Assembly: GCA_008632985.1 (NCBI GenBank)
Contig: QPGO01000138.1
Location: forward strand, 124,001-188,000
Direction: 5' to 3'
Source of the DNA: Psammoneis japonica
Lineage: Eukaryota
DNA: 64,000 bases
Of this stretch, positions 1-13,752 are shown piece by piece. A program made the position numbers and the translations under genes. Below the pieces are notes generated by a model. It was not told the origin of the DNA. It ran no database searches and saw only the letters and a list, made by a program, of their open reading frames with translations. Each line of letters starts with the position of its first letter. Within the stretch, counting starts at the first letter, position 1.

Positions 1-2480
1 CCTCTTTGAAACATGCGCAGAGACATTGATTGGTCAGGAGTCTCGAAATGTGCTCTGTGTGCCTGCTGGTCGAACAAGCAGAACAGGCTGTTGCACAACT
101 GATTCCAAAAAAGGAGAGTTGCCACCACCCTGACTAGTGCCGTGTGGGGGGAAAGCCTCAGAGTGGGAACAGGAAGATGAGGACAAGCCGAGGACGGTTT
201 TGAGCCAACATCTGGCTTCGTGCAATGTGGCACCAGCCACTTTTGTGACTTCAGCAGGCATGCCATTGCTCCAACTCTGCACGGAGGTCAACACAGGCAT
301 GTTGTGATTGCAGCACAAGGTGTCATCGCCATTGCTGTGGATCGTAGATTTCTGAGACACCCAAATGGTCTCGAGCACAAGTTCTTCAAGATGGACCAGA
401 GTGTTGGCATTTGGGAAAGGGCATGTGCCGCACATGCCGGGATTGTGGGGCCAACAGTGTTCCACATTCTGATCCAAGAGATGCCACTTGATTCTGGACA
501 TCAGTTGAAAGTCTGCCTTGTAGATTTGAATGACTCAAAGGCAATGAATCTTGTCATTGCTGGGCTCTTTGAAAATCACAACATTCACAATGTCCTTCCA
601 GCAATCACAGGAACATCCCAATTTGAGGGCACAGTTCAACAAGTTCAGCCAGATGGCGGTCAGGCACTGTTGCACCTTGTTCAGTCAGACTTGGTCTTGT
701 GCAGGATTCTTGTCAGAATCTGTAGCCAAGGAGTAAGAATGTGGCACAAACATTGCTCTCTGGTGGCCCAAATGCAATCCAGAACACAATGAAGTTGAGG
801 CAGATTCCTTCCACTTCTTGAATTTACCTTCCAATTTAGTTTTGGTTGACAAATTTGACACTGACACTGGTGATTGTCTTTGTAAGAATTGAGCAAGTTG
901 AGCGGTGGCATCGTTCAAGGCCGACGTGTCATGTTCACCATCAAGCATGAGATCAGCCATGATGGTGTCCCCTTTGCATCCCAAATCAATCAACAAGGGA
1001 GGAACAGTTGGAGGAGTGCTGTGCGCTTGACCAAAGTGTTTCTGATTGTGGCAACAAAGGGCCATGGCCACCTCTTCTGGAGCATCGACAGTCACCCAAT
1101 CCTCACACTTGTTTGGATTCATGGCTGCTGGATTGCAAGGTGCTTGAACACTGCCAATGCCCACATCTCTTTGCGTCTTGCAGGACTGGATTTCCTTGAA
1201 CAGTTTTTGGACTTCCTTGGCTTTCCAGATGTTGCGGAGAATCTTCACTTTGCATTTAGAATCCTTGGTGCCTTTCATGTCTAACTTTGCAATGCATTCC
1301 ACCAGCTCCCATTCTTGGTGGACAACGCTCTCCTTGGCCACTTGTCTGCATTTGGTTTGGGCTTGTCACAGAGCAGTTTGAAAATCTGCGTGAGACTCAG
1401 AAATGATGAAGGACCCCTGCAGCTTGTTTTGCACATTACGAACTTGAGACACACAATCCAATCCGGTTTGCATCATGGCCACTGTTCTTGCGAGGACATG
1501 CACTTGATGCCAAAGGTCTGCCAGTTCCATGGACCATTCCGGCTCTCAACAATTCCAGCATTGTTTTGTGGCTGCCAGTGCAAACTGAGTCATGTCACGA
1601 TCCAATCTCTCTGCAAGCGAGTGGTCTGGAGCCTCCAGGCACAAGAGTTGCCATGACCATTCAAGCACATTTCTGCTGTCAATCATCAGACCAATCACCT
1701 TGAGATGGGACGTCACCTGAGGCTTGGAGGAGGCTTGAATGTTGCAAAAGGTGGCCTTGGGGAGGTCAACAGTTTGGTTGCCAAACAACCAAACAGCGTC
1801 AAAGACAACGTGGTGGGTGCAGTGGCCGGACATCACCCTGCAGCCAAAGGCCTCACACCCTCCAAGACGGGCAGCCGCCAGGGCACCTGGCATTGCCAAT
1901 GCACAGTCAAGCCTTTTGGAACCTCTTGTGTGTGTGGAGAAGTCTGTCTCACCAGCAAGGTCAAACAAAACATCCGACAAGTTGAGTCGTTGAGCCATCA
2001 AGGACAGGAGTCAGTGTCCATGGCAAAGTCCATGTTGAAATCCCCAAACAAGATCACCTGTCTGTCAGCATCAATCAAGAAATCTTGTAAAATTTGTGAC
2101 AAGTTGGTGCAAAAGGCCTTTCTTGGGTCCAAACACTGCTGCTGTCCATTCTGAGGAAGCAAGCAAAGCTGTTGTGCACATGCTGTCATCTTGCCTGGAG
2201 TGCATTGGTTCTTGGTGCACACACAGCAGCAAGAAACAAACATCACTTGGTGGCCATTGCGTCCGTCTAAGACTTGAACAGACCTTTGTCCAAGGGGATC
2301 CACATCATGACTCCGGAAACAAGCAGAAATGGAATTGCAAGAAATTAGAGCCATGCCACCTGGTTTGCACTAAGTGGCAAAGGGAGTTGAGCTGCATGAA
2401 AAGCTGGATTGGCCATGTGGAAGGGAACTCGAAATGGCAGATCTGCACGTGGACAACACCTTGCATTGAGTGACATTCAG
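1..2480 (-). mobile_element. Degenerate non-LTR retrotransposon (LINE; APE endonuclease + RT, resembling diatom Ambal-type), running off the window start
   Basis: Minus-strand fragments: APE motifs VILFGDFN (1998-2354) and THTRGSKRLDC (1546-2001); WKESASTSLCSGLHLGH (685-1341); WKDIVNVVIFKEPSNDKIHCL*VIQIYKADF (~500-600); RT motifs DDTLCCNH and HGTSQGGGNSP (34-501); many stops and frameshifts. Confidence 0.85.
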
Positions 2481-2737
2481 ACAAACTTCTGAAACACCAC
2501 AATGGAAGAAAACAAAATGGGGGGGTCTTTGGAAGCAAGATCATTGAAGGCAGTCTGATTGCCAGTGCATTTGGGGGTTTTCCCAGCACAATTTGCGTGC
2601 ACAAGAAAACACACAGGATCTGTCTGGCATTCCCAAATGCCCCAATTGTGCTGATTGACAGATGTTTTTGGCACAAATTCTGCACAGCTTTCTTTGACAG
2701 TCTCACTTCCAAAGATGCCCCACAAAATTGGAAATGA

Positions 2738-3240
2738 AAAATTGCAAATCCAATGTTGCCCGCAAACAAACAAAGAAGGTTGCTGGCATGCAGAAGCAAC
2801 CAAGTGCCGCACCCAACATGTCAGGCAAATTCAAAGAGAGTGAGGCATTTTGCTTTTGGGTGAAGTGCACTGTGGCTGTCATTGCTGTTGTTGTGCCCTG
2901 TCACACGTGGTGACCATTTCTGCATTGTGGTTGGCATGCTTTCACGACCCCTCCAGAACTGGCAAATCTGGGTGGCAAATGCGTTGACCACCCCAAGCCA
3001 GAGAAGGAGTTGTTGGAAGCATCTGACCATCAAGACTCTGAGAGTGTTCTTGTCCATGGCAAGAGGGGTGGAGGGAAGACATTGCTTGTTCAAGAACATG
3101 CACTCAAAACTGAAAAGGCGTGATCAACGTTGGAATCAAAAGCACCACTCACAACGGAGCATTAGATGAGATGATTGAAAAAATGTCAAAACAGTTTCAC
3201 ATGTTGGGCATGTCTAAAGATCAGGAATTTGTCAAAGATG
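2738..3240 (+). pseudogene. Degenerate P-loop NTPase gene fragment, copy 1
   Basis: Walker A-like VLVHGKRGGGKTLLVQ at ~3046-3093; ~500 bp clearly homologous to 6549-7055. Confidence 0.6.
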
Positions 3241-6212
3241 TGTGTTCAAGATGCAAGTTTGGGCATCTCTTCAACTCAGAAGTTGCCAGCTGCTTTGCAA
3301 TCTTGCACACCGGCACGCCCCACAAGTGTCCCCAGTCACCCAGGAGTGATCTGGCTCTGCCCTTCAAATCAAACTTGGCAACAAACAACAAGGTTCCATC
3401 CTCATCAATGAGAGATGGAGCTGGGCAGCTGATGACATCAACGGCGAGGAGCATGTTGTTAACACTCTGTCCTTTCCAACATGCACACAGAGAAACAGGT
3501 GCACTCTTGCTGAGGCACCCCGTGATTTTTTGTGCACTCTGCATGTGTGTCACCATGTGGTCCATTGCAGCCAAGGAAAGGCTCTTTTTAAAAGCTCTTT
3601 TTAAAAGCCCCCACCCCACCACCACACACACATTTGTCATTCAAAGTGAGCAACTCCACAGCAAAAATTGTCAATCTTCTGCTGGAGCACACAGCCAACC
3701 CACTGAGCCTGAGAGCTTTTCCACAGCACTTCACCCACTGTTGTTGCTCCAGTGGGTGCTTTGATCTTGCCATCAAGAGCTTTCCTTGGCTTCACTTTGG
3801 TGAGGAGCAATTGCACTTTGCACAGAGGCTGTTCTCTTTTTTTTTTTGCAGTGTGCACATCATGACAGAACTTGTCCAGGTGGAGTGCCCTCCATTGGTT
3901 GCAAACATGTGCAGTTGCTCTTGAAGCACTGGGGGACAAACAAGTGGCAAGTCACTGTTCACCCTGGCAGGTTTGCAGGCAGCCCAGTTCCCTTGGTGCC
4001 AGCCAGATGCAGCCTCATTTTCAGTCATGACAGCTCTCCCCCACACTCTTTGCAGGCAGCAGATGCAGTGCTGCTCTCAGCTGTTGGGTGTGCAAATGTT
4101 TGCCATGGACAATCCAATGGTGTCACAGCAAAATGCAATGGTGGTCACACTGAATGCAGCTGCAACAGCAATGTGTGTGATTGTGTGCCACTGCCATCAT
4201 CAGCAATGTGTCACTCTGATGTTTGGAGTTTCTGGCTTTTTGATTCCATGGTCTGACAAAAGGACAGGCCAAGTGCAGCCATTTTTTTCAGATCTCCACG
4301 GTCCATTGCATGTTGGCTGGCCGGGCCAGGGTGCTCTCCACCATGAGCAAGGACCCACAGCATCAGTCTGTCAGGATGCACAAGCTCCAGCATGAATGTT
4401 GTAACCATGAGCAATGATGTGTGCTGCTGTGGTTTGCCAAATTTGTTGCATGTTTTGGCAAGTGCTCATTCACACCAGTGATTCATTTTGGGGTCACCCT
4501 CTGGCAAGGACATGCATGACATGCAAAACACACAATGCAAAAAAAGCATTGTTCACTGCTGGAAGCCCAAGCAAAACACTGGGGCATCATGTGCTGCCCC
4601 TCATTGCTGGCCAAGGGAGTTCTGGGAGCTCCTCTTGGCTCCTGCGACATCAAGCAAAAAAGTGTGTTGCCACTTTCTTTCAAAGAAGCAAGCTCTTTCA
4701 GTGTGAAAAACAGCTTCAACGCCATTGACAATGACAAAACACACTTTGCACAAGCCCCTTGCTGCAAACACAAAGTCATCTCAGCTTTCATTGACAGCCC
4801 ATCCTTGCCAGCAAGCACTGCAAGAGCTGCAAGAATGTGTGCTTTTGCAGAGTGCTTCTTCCATTGCTGCTGGCAATGCAAATGACATGCTGTCAATGTT
4901 GGCTTGCCCCACAGCTGTTGAAATGCCAGATGCCAAAAAAGGGCTTCAACAGACATGTGTCAACTGGATCAAGGTCTGACTCCTCTTCTCCAAATCCTGT
5001 CAAGACAACCTGCACAGCTCCATCAATTCAAGTGCTGCTTGACACAACTGCAAAACTGCTCATGAAACTGTCAATGGAAGTGAGACCAACAAAAAACAAA
5101 ATCCAGAGTGCCCAATTCTGTCCAAATCATGCACAGCAAGAGTGAGCAACAATCGAGCGGCAACTTTAACTCATGTTGCATTGGCACATGAAAAGACAGA
5201 AGATTTGCTGAAAGATGTGTGGCATCCCCTTGCACTCAAGGAAACTGCCTTGAATTCTTTGACTGTGATTGAAAGAGCAAAATGTGGCACAGCATTGACT
5301 GTGCAGGTGTTTTGTCCCCAAACAGCACAACTTGGCAGTGCAACAAATGTCCCCCCCTCTTGTTGTTGAGCACTCCACACACAAGAGCTGCTGCCACTGT
5401 CAATTGACAAAACAGCTTTCAATGTCAAATTCTCTTGGAAGTCATCTCTGACAAGAATGTGTCACATTTTTCTGAACTCAAATCAACTCCTTTGTTGGAC
5501 CTGCACAAAGACAAATGCTTCCCTGACAGAGCTCAAAAAAGAGCTGCTCCTCCATTGACTCAGTGGGCAATGGTCACCCAACTGAAATCACCTTTGCCTT
5601 GTGGAAGAGCCCGGCCCCAAAACAAAGATGTGCCCTTCTTGCAACAAGAACATTTTGTGAAAGGAAGCATGTCAAATCAAGCAAAAGGAAAGCAGCTACA
5701 AGCAACTCCAAAATGAACATTTGTTTGCTCTTGGAATGCTCTCAACAAGAGCAGGAGACCTCCCAAGGTGCTTCCTGCCTCCAAAATGAAAAAGAGCAAG
5801 AGAAAGAGAGTTGACAAGAAGTCAACGAACACAGCAACAAATGCCAGATGAAGATCCTTGAAGTGATGCAGAGAGGACAAGTGGCTGGAAATGATGGCTT
5901 GAGCAACTGCAGATGCAGTCAATGCCACCCGAGCAGAAGCTGCTGTTGCTGTCAAGTGAGCAAGTTGTCACCACAGCTGAGGGCAACACAGCCACCAAGA
6001 AAGTGGCTGATGAGAGGCTGAAGGGCCTGATGATGGTGCACCAGCCATGATGGTGGCATTGTCTGCAAGAAAAAGGGGGGCACAAGAACGTTGAGTGTGC
6101 CAATGCATTTTGAAATGGGCCGCACCAAGTTTGGCTGGGCACAGGTGGAAAACACTTGCAAATGAGACAAGCAATGACCCCTCCAACAGGCAGACCTTTG
6201 CAAATCCTCCAA

Positions 6213-6232
6213 CCCCCCCCCCCCCCCCCCCC
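6213..6232. repeat. Poly-C tract (20 nt)
   Basis: Direct reading. Confidence 0.95.
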
Positions 6233-6548
6233 AAACAACAAATGGAGGCAACACAATGCCAGGGGGCACCCAACCACTTGCAATGCGGCCAAGGCTCCCT
6301 TCACCTGTGGCACAATTGCAGAGCAGATGACTCACCTTCTTGGATCCAAACTTGGCTGTGTGAGCAACCTCATGACAGAAGGCAACATGGGCATGGATGC
6401 AAGGAACATTTAACTTGCTCATGCAGGGTCAATTTGTGCAAACCGGTCTGTCTCTACAACCAACACTGAGGGGAGAGAGACAGACTGTGCCAGTGCATTG
6501 CCGCACACACATGCATGCACAACGGAACAAAAGCAAAATTGGCAATGC

Positions 6549-7055
6549 AAAATTGCAAATCCAGTGTCACCTGCAAACAAACAAGAAGCTTGCTGGCATG
6601 CAGAAGCAAGTGAGCACCGCACCAACATGTTGGGCAAATCTGAAGAGAGAGTGAGGCATTTCACTTCTGGGTGAAGTGCGCTGTGGCTGATGTTGCTGTC
6701 ATTGTGGCTGCCCCCCTGGCACCACACGATTGTGGTGACCATTTCTGCATTGTGGTTGGCATTCACAACACCTCCAGAACTGGCAAATCTGGATGGCAAA
6801 CACATCAACTGCCCCAAGCTGGAGAAGGAATTGTTGGAAGCGGCCAGCAGTCAAGACTCTGAGACTGTTCTTGTCTGTGGCAAGAGGGGTGAGGGAAGAC
6901 ATTGCTTGTTCAGCATGCATTCAAAAATGAAAAGGCGTGGTCAACATTGAAATCAAAAGCACTGCTCATGATGGAGCATCAGAAGAGATGATTGAAAAAA
7001 TGTCAAAAAAGCTTCACAAGTTGTGCATGTCTGAAAATCAGGAATTTGTTGAAGA
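6549..7055 (+). pseudogene. Degenerate P-loop NTPase gene fragment, copy 2 (direct repeat of 2738-3240)
   Basis: VLVCGKRG followed by a 1-bp deletion in Walker A; aligns by eye with copy 1. Confidence 0.6.
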
Positions 7056-9201
7056 TTCACATTTGAGGTGCCCAATTGTTGACCCATTTTTTGTGATTTT
7101 GCTCAAAGCAAGGAGGTGTGGTTGTGACACTCTGGAGAGTGTTGTCACAATGGCCAAAATGCTCTCATGTGACAATGCCCACAAAAAGCCTCCATGAATT
7201 GTGGCAGATGTTTCAAGCTCATGTTCCATGTTTGAAGCAGGGTCTCAGCTTGAAATCCACAGAGTGATTGGCGTCCATGTTCGTTGCTTCTGGATGCAGA
7301 GGCTTGGGAACTTGTGTGCAATTGCCAGGTTGGTTGTGGCCAAATTTGATTGACGCATCCTCACACTGAAGATGGTGTGCAAATTGCTTGAAAAAAACCA
7401 GCGCACCCAAAAAAGTGTCATGGACACACCAATCACAGAGCAGTTTGAGCTGGAGAAGAAATGTGCATTGGCCAGTTGGGACTCATCATGCAAAGGCTTG
7501 GAAAAGGAACTGGGTGCTCAACTGATGCACAAGATTGGGCAAGATGTTGCTCATTTGCTGCTGTTGGAAAGTCCCCAGGAAGAAAAAAACATCACTCGAG
7601 TGTCAAAGACAAATGCATCAAAGTTGCTTGCAGAGTGTGGCATTGGGTTGGCAAGTGCAGATGCTCCATGTCCCCCACTCTCCATTGATCCTTTCAAAAC
7701 TGCCCCATCCACCCTTGCTGGCAAAGCTGTTGTGGCAGCACTGACAGAAGATTTCAAGAGTGGCAACACTGCCTGGTGTCAGTCGAATGACAGATGATGG
7801 ACAGACTGCCTGCCATGGACAGGACACGACAGGCTGCAGAGCAGGAGGGCATGTGTCACAGCTCCTTTCACTCTTTTCCTGGTGTTTGCTGTTTTGTGTT
7901 TTTGTCATGCATCGCTGGAGTCCTGTGCAGAGCACCCTGACTTTCTTCATTCTGCATTCTCTCTGTTCAAAAAGGTGGGGATTTCACAAGAGCCCCCCTT
8001 CACTCTCTTCTCCTGGCTGCTGTTGCCTTTTTGCACTTGTCAACTGTGTTGCTTTGAGGGCGACAGGCTGTCTGAACACAAATTCAAAGCAAAATGACCT
8101 CAGTGACTCCTGCACCCACCCATTTTTGAACACAGATCTACCACAAAAGACTCAAAAAGAGCCAAAATGAGCTAAACTTGAAAGTGCCAACAAGGTGCCA
8201 GTGTGGACCCACAGGTCAACTCTGCAGCACATTGAATGAAGGCCAAACCAATGAACAGTTTCCACAACACCACAATCCACTCATCTGCCAAAGCCTTGCA
8301 GCTTGAAGTTGCACCCAACACAGTGCAACAAAAAACATCATGTCATCCACCAAGGCTCTTGTTTGTTTGCATGCCAATCGTGGCCCCATCATCAACTAAG
8401 ATGAGAGCATTTTCGCACGACAATGACAAGAAGATGACCGCCAGTGCTGGAGACTCCACACCATGGTCATGTTGGACATTTGTTTTCTGTTGACCATCCT
8501 TCAATGTGTCATGTTCAGACATGCCAAGAAAAGTGCAAAGGGTGGGTGCAGGCTGACCCACATTTTTCGGGGGCACTTGACCCGCGTGTTGTTGCTCAAA
8601 ACTTTTTGCATGTGAAAAAGAACGTGCGCGAAACAAGCAGGGAGAGCAGTGCTTTCTTGTTGCCACGTGTGTGGAGCACCCCCCCTCCCTCCCCATGAGG
8701 ACTGGGATGGAAGGGCATCTTCAGCAGTTCAGACCGACAATGGTCCCATGCTGCCATCCACCTGCCAAGAAAAATCAAGGGTCATTACAGTGCAGTCCCT
8801 TGAAAAACAGACAGAAGCGTGCTTGCCGCGCTATCAACACAGTTGACTGGCCAAGCGGCACGCGCGCGAACGAGCCGCGACAATAAGGCAATTGGCGAAC
8901 AAAACAATATGTAGACATTAGAATAACATACAATATATATTTATTCATGCCAGGAGTTTCAACACTTAACTCTCAACGTATGTCTCATGCGTTGGAAAAT
9001 CAAGCTCACATTTTTCTGTAGCGGGAAGCGGGAGCGATTCCCCACCAACCCGCACTTGCGCAGGCCCTAGAGACAAAAGACGTGTACACGTACTGTACTT
9101 CTTGTTGAGCCTGCTTCATTGATTGGACGGACAGTGAATGCTTTCTTGTATGTTTGCGGTGACTGCTTCGCCGATTACTTCGTTGGTTCACAGACGCCAT
9201 C

Positions 9202-10362
9202 ATGGCAAAAACACGTATGAGAAGACTTCTACGTCTTGTTGTTTTCCCGTTCATATTGACATCGTTATTCTTCCATTTGTGGATCCCACAGCAGTACTCT
9301 TACTTTGACTCGTACGCGCTGAAGCAAACAAGCCAAGAGGAAAATGCTGCTCGAGGGCATAGGCCGCAATATTTCAACAATTTGACAAATTGCATTGCCA
9401 GAGGATACAATTTCATGAACCCCAACAGCGGCTGTCGTATTGCCAGTTGGGTTTACAGTAAGGGAGCGAAGAAGAAATTTATAGACTGTGGATTCAAATC
9501 GCGACACTTGGAAGATCCATCAAGCCTGCAGCCATGGGATACAGTTTATGTACCATACAAGAGCTTACAGAATTTTTCACAGGCCATTTTGAGAAATGTG
9601 ACCGTGCCATTCGTTCTGTTGTCTGGACAGTTTCATGTGGTGTCAAACAACAGGATTCCTCAAACTGTCACTGCTCAAGTGTTGGAGAGTGAATTTGTTG
9701 TGCATTGGTTTGGGCATTCTATCAATTTTCATAATGCATTGACGGACTTACATAATTTGACTCACAAGCTCAGTCCCCTGGCCTTTGGATTGCAACCCTT
9801 TAACTACCAACCTCCCTTTCGACCTGGCCCAATGGAGAAATATCAACAAATCATGGAGAGATATCTCACACTTCCAGAAAAGACTATTGATGTTTTTGAA
9901 CCATACTTGAGGCCTTGGAGCAACCCGAAACGTGCAAACATACCTTCAGGAACTAAGCTGCCAATCGAAGAATACTTGGAGCTAGTAGCAAAGAGTCGCT
10001 ATGTTTTGTCGCCCGACGGAGATCGACCGGAATGTTACCGCCATTACGAGGCACTGGGACTCGGGGCCATCCCCATTACTGAACTAGACCCATTGCATTA
10101 TCGGCATTTGGCACCGGGACCCATTCTGTACAACAACACCAAATGGTGGAACCTTACACACGATGAGATTTTGGATAGACTGGGACTCAAAAAGTTTCCA
10201 GAGGTAAATCGAAACATGGTGTTTGAAGAATACTGGATGGAGTACATGGAAGGAATTGTTGGTGTCCCGCTTCGGTGGTTTGATCATCGACAAGGAAAGC
10301 GAGCCTATCTAGCGAATTTTACCATGGTTGTGAACAGTAGTGCAACGGAAAATGCTTCATGA
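9202..10362 (+). CDS. Exostosin/GT47-like glycosyltransferase (type II membrane protein)
   Basis: Intact 386-aa ORF, N-terminal TM helix, motif SRYVLSPDGDRPECYRHYEALGLGAIPI matching the exostosin C-terminal signature. Confidence 0.75.
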   Translation: MAKTRMRRLLRLVVFPFILTSLFFHLWIPQQYSYFDSYALKQTSQEENAARGHRPQYFNNLTNCIARGYNFMNPNSGCRIASWVYSKGAKKKFIDCGFKSRHLEDPSSLQPWDTVYVPYKSLQNFSQAILRNVTVPFVLLSGQFHVVSNNRIPQTVTAQVLESEFVVHWFGHSINFHNALTDLHNLTHKLSPLAFGLQPFNYQPPFRPGPMEKYQQIMERYLTLPEKTIDVFEPYLRPWSNPKRANIPSGTKLPIEEYLELVAKSRYVLSPDGDRPECYRHYEALGLGAIPITELDPLHYRHLAPGPILYNNTKWWNLTHDEILDRLGLKKFPEVNRNMVFEEYWMEYMEGIVGVPLRWFDHRQGKRAYLANFTMVVNSSATENAS

Positions 10363-10435
10363 CGAAAGAATGGAGCATGGCTGACAACACGCAGCAGGGC
10401 GCTTCTCGAATAAATTCCTACAGAAATACAGTTTC

Positions 10436-10657
10436 AAAATCATTGGAATTGTCTCCCGAACCATCATCAAGCACATGTCGTCCTTCTTGATAACGACTCT
10501 ACTAGTTTGGAGTCGAGTTAGGTACTGTACAGTAGAGATAAGCAAGGGCTGAAACTCAAACAAGTTTAAAAATTCATGGGGATTGTCTCTCTCACTCTGT
10601 CATCAAGCACATGTCTTCCTTCTCGATGATGACTGTCTAGCTAGAAGTGGAGTTAGA
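10436..10657. repeat. Diverged short direct duplication (~85 bp, period ~136)
   Basis: catcaagcacatgtc-tccttct...gagttag occurs at ~10465 and ~10601. Confidence 0.6.
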
Positions 10658-10888
10658 CTAGGTAGCCGATAGCAGACAGAACAAGTACATAGGGCCCTAG
10701 TGTAAAAGCAAAGGCGTGAGATGGTTGCGCGCAAGTGCCCATACGTGCGCGGTGCTGTGAGTCGATTTCAGATTGCAGATTGCCGCTTGGCGGCCAAGAA
10801 CCTCACACCTCACACCTCATTCTCGCTTTGTTTTCGTTGAACGACGTTGAAGCTACAACACTCAACACCACATCCAACGACTTTTACC

Positions 10889-13752
10889 ATGACGGCCGTG
10901 TCTGCCTTTGCGCCAACGAGGCGCAATTCTTTTCTCATTCATCATCCCAAAATGATTCAACGACAGAAACGTCGTAGATCAGCCGCTCTTGCCTTTTTGT
11001 TCTTGGTGATTCGTTTTTGGAAATCACCAGCCTTGCAGCAGCGAGTTTGGCAGCTGCTTCGTCTTGATGAATTGGCAAATCATGGTGCGACGAGGCGACT
11101 GATGGAATCCAAGTTTGGTCAACTTGCGAGAGATAGGAGTCTAGTATGGGAGCTCATTTCGAGGGGGTGGAGTATGATTGTGAACCAGCTAAAGAACTAC
11201 GCGGAACAGGTTCAGTCCGGTGTTGAACTATGCTTCCAGAGCGACGTTCAGGACGAACAACACACTTCAGAGCCCCGGAACGGAACTAGAAACAATGATT
11301 TGAATGGTGGAAGCATGTCAAAATCCAGCGTAGATGAGGTCGAGGAGAATCAAAAGTTGATCCGTTCTATTCTAATATACTGGTTCGGACAGTTCTCTCC
11401 AGACAATTCGCAAAAGAAGCTCTGGATGATTGCCTCTTCTTCTGTTGAACAACGACGTCGTGTAGACGCTGAGATTGTGGAAAAGTTTGAAAGCGTCATT
11501 CTAGCCTTGTGCAACGGAGAGCTGTGGAAAGACTGGTGTATCGATTGTACTCTGTACGGTTACACAGGCAAAGTAGCAGCCATTGTAGCACTCGATCAGT
11601 TTTCACGGCATATAAGGCGTCACTATGATGAGTCACAATGCAAACATGCCTGTCCCATTCCACCTCAAAAGGATTGGACAGCCTTGCTTACCGCATTTCC
11701 AGGTCATTTACCCAGGAGCATCAAACGAAATTGAATGCGGCATGATTCCGCTCCCCATGTATGTATTTTCGCTCATGCCCTATCGACATGCAAGCACTAT
11801 TGCCAGCGTTCAGTACGTACAAGAGCAGATTGAACAATGTGCATCTCTGGAAGGAGAGATGGATTCCATGATTCGACGTTTTCGAAAAGCCACAAACCGT
11901 CGCATGGCTCTGTTGCAGGATGAGGCCAGAAGATTGGGCAAAGCGACAGACGATTTGTCCGAAGGCGAGTGCTCTGGAGAAAGCACGGAGGACAGCGCGT
12001 ATTTTAGTGCAGATGAAGAATCTTCACACGACAAGTGGTCTGATGAGGATATTCTGGAAACATTTCCTTTTGACGCTGACATGTCGAAAACAAGGATCAT
12101 CCGGTGCATCGGACTCTACGGAATTTTCTGGCTGACAGAAACATTCATCACGTAAAGAAAAGAAGCAATGAAACGAACGGCCAAGTATCCAAAACGCCAA
12201 TCATTGTGTCTCTTTCGGGAGGAGTAGACAGCATGGTGATTGCGTCGATTCTTGCTCATTTGTCGAGCTCTTGCCAATACAGTTTGCATATTGTGGCCAT
12301 CCACATTGATTATGCAAATAGACCAGAGTCCGGAGCAGAGGCTGACTACGTTAAACGGTTCTGTGAAAGGCTGGGGATCTCTTTTAAATGTCGGAGAATC
12401 GATGAGGTGACGAGGGGTGTGACAGCCAGAGATGACTATGAAAGAATCGCCCGAGAAGCTCGCTACAGCACATACAGAGACACGGTTGATGAGTGCAGAG
12501 CAATGGTTGGTAGCGATGATATCGAGATTGGAGTCATGCTTGGTCATCACAGAGGCGATCTTCGAGAAAACGTCCTTTCCAACGCCCACAAGGGATGCGG
12601 GCCTCTTGATCTGTCTGGAATGACCGCCGTGTCTCGCAACGACGGTGTCGACATTTACCGGCCTCTCTTGCCACTCGAGAAGACAGAAGTATACGACTAT
12701 GCACACAAGTTTGGCGTACCATACTTCAAGGATACAACTCCCCACTGGTCTACAAGAGGGAAACTGCGAAACAAACTATTGCCTCTACTGGAAGAGATTT
12801 ACGGTGAAGGAAGCATGAATAATTTGAGCACGTTGGCCACAGAAAGTGACGAGGCGCGAGATTTGCTGCAGTCGACGGTCCTTGGTCCCTTTTTAGATCA
12901 AGTGAAGCATTGGCCAATGGGCATTAGCTTTGACACGGCACCATGGAAATCACAAGGCCTTTTCTTCTGGAAATTTGTCTTGAGAGAAGCACTTCACGGA
13001 GCGGGTCTGGGCATGTTTAGCGACAAGAGTGTGGCTTCCTTTTTGCAACGGGTACAGGACGAGAAGGTCAAATCTGGTTGGCTACAGTGTCGGCGCGACT
13101 TTGCTGTTTACTTGCAAGAGGACGGTAAGGTTTTGGTATTTTATCCTGATAGCTTTCCGTTTCAAAAGTCAGACCAATATTCATGTGAAGGACAAGGTGA
13201 GTCGCGTCTTTCGCCTTGAAGCTGTGCCACTGCCATTTATGTTGCTCATTAGTTTCGTTTTCTGATCCAATTCTTGTTCAATCAGCGGTTCCTTTTGGAG
13301 ATGAAAATAGAGTTAGGATTGGACCATGGATGGTTACGTCAGAGTTAGTTTCACCCTCTTCCGCGTCGTTGAAGGAAGCAAACGAACTGCTGAATCGCAA
13401 AGCAGTCCCATCAATGGAGAACCTCATGAGTGGCATTGTGTGTTACTACATACAGGCACCGCTTGTAAAGAAAGACGACGGCTCGTATGGTGACATGCCA
13501 CATCCTCTCGTGTTTGCTTCAACATTTACAAAGGAATCGCGTCCGCTCGCGTGGAAGAAAACTGATATGAAGGTACAGTCCACTCTACCGTTGCTTGGAA
13601 TTGACAAAGAATCAAGAAAAGCTGTGATTCATGGGAATGAATATGGAACAGGGTGGGTGCTGGTGAAGGTAACCCTTGCTCGAGACGCCTCCAGTGTCCC
13701 GAGATGGGAGAACGAAGAAAAAAATGCTAAAAACATATTGAATATACAGTAA
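10889..13752 (+). CDS. tilS: tRNA(Ile)-lysidine synthetase (PP-loop) with N-terminal DUF924-like domain; intron 13197-13285; apparent 1-bp frameshifts near 11670, 11725 and 12092
   Basis: SLSGGVDS PP-loop, HIDYANR, GHHRGD, YRPLL, RGKLRNKLLP; N-terminal part YWFG..KLW..DAEI..F..IVALDQFSRHI..LMPYRHA is DUF924-like; GTGAGT..CAG intron. Confidence 0.85.

Larger units (their letters stand above)
1..8820. other. TpA/CpG-depleted hypermutated repeat/pseudogene domain 1
   Basis: By-eye count of 3 TpA in bases 1-600, versus 6 in 120 bp (9481-9600) of the adjacent gene; TG/CA-rich; abrupt return of TA and CG near 8820-8880. Confidence 0.9.

Noticed and set aside
5822..6469. Poly-Gly/poly-Pro proteins
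   Set aside because: Produced by the 20-nt poly-C tract inside degenerate sequence
1..8800. Many 60-200 aa Cys/His/Gln-rich ORFs as novel metal-binding proteins (also 23.7-27.6 and 31-37.9 kb)
   Set aside because: They overlap in all frames, lack Tyr and follow from TG/CA enrichment and loss of TAA/TAG stops
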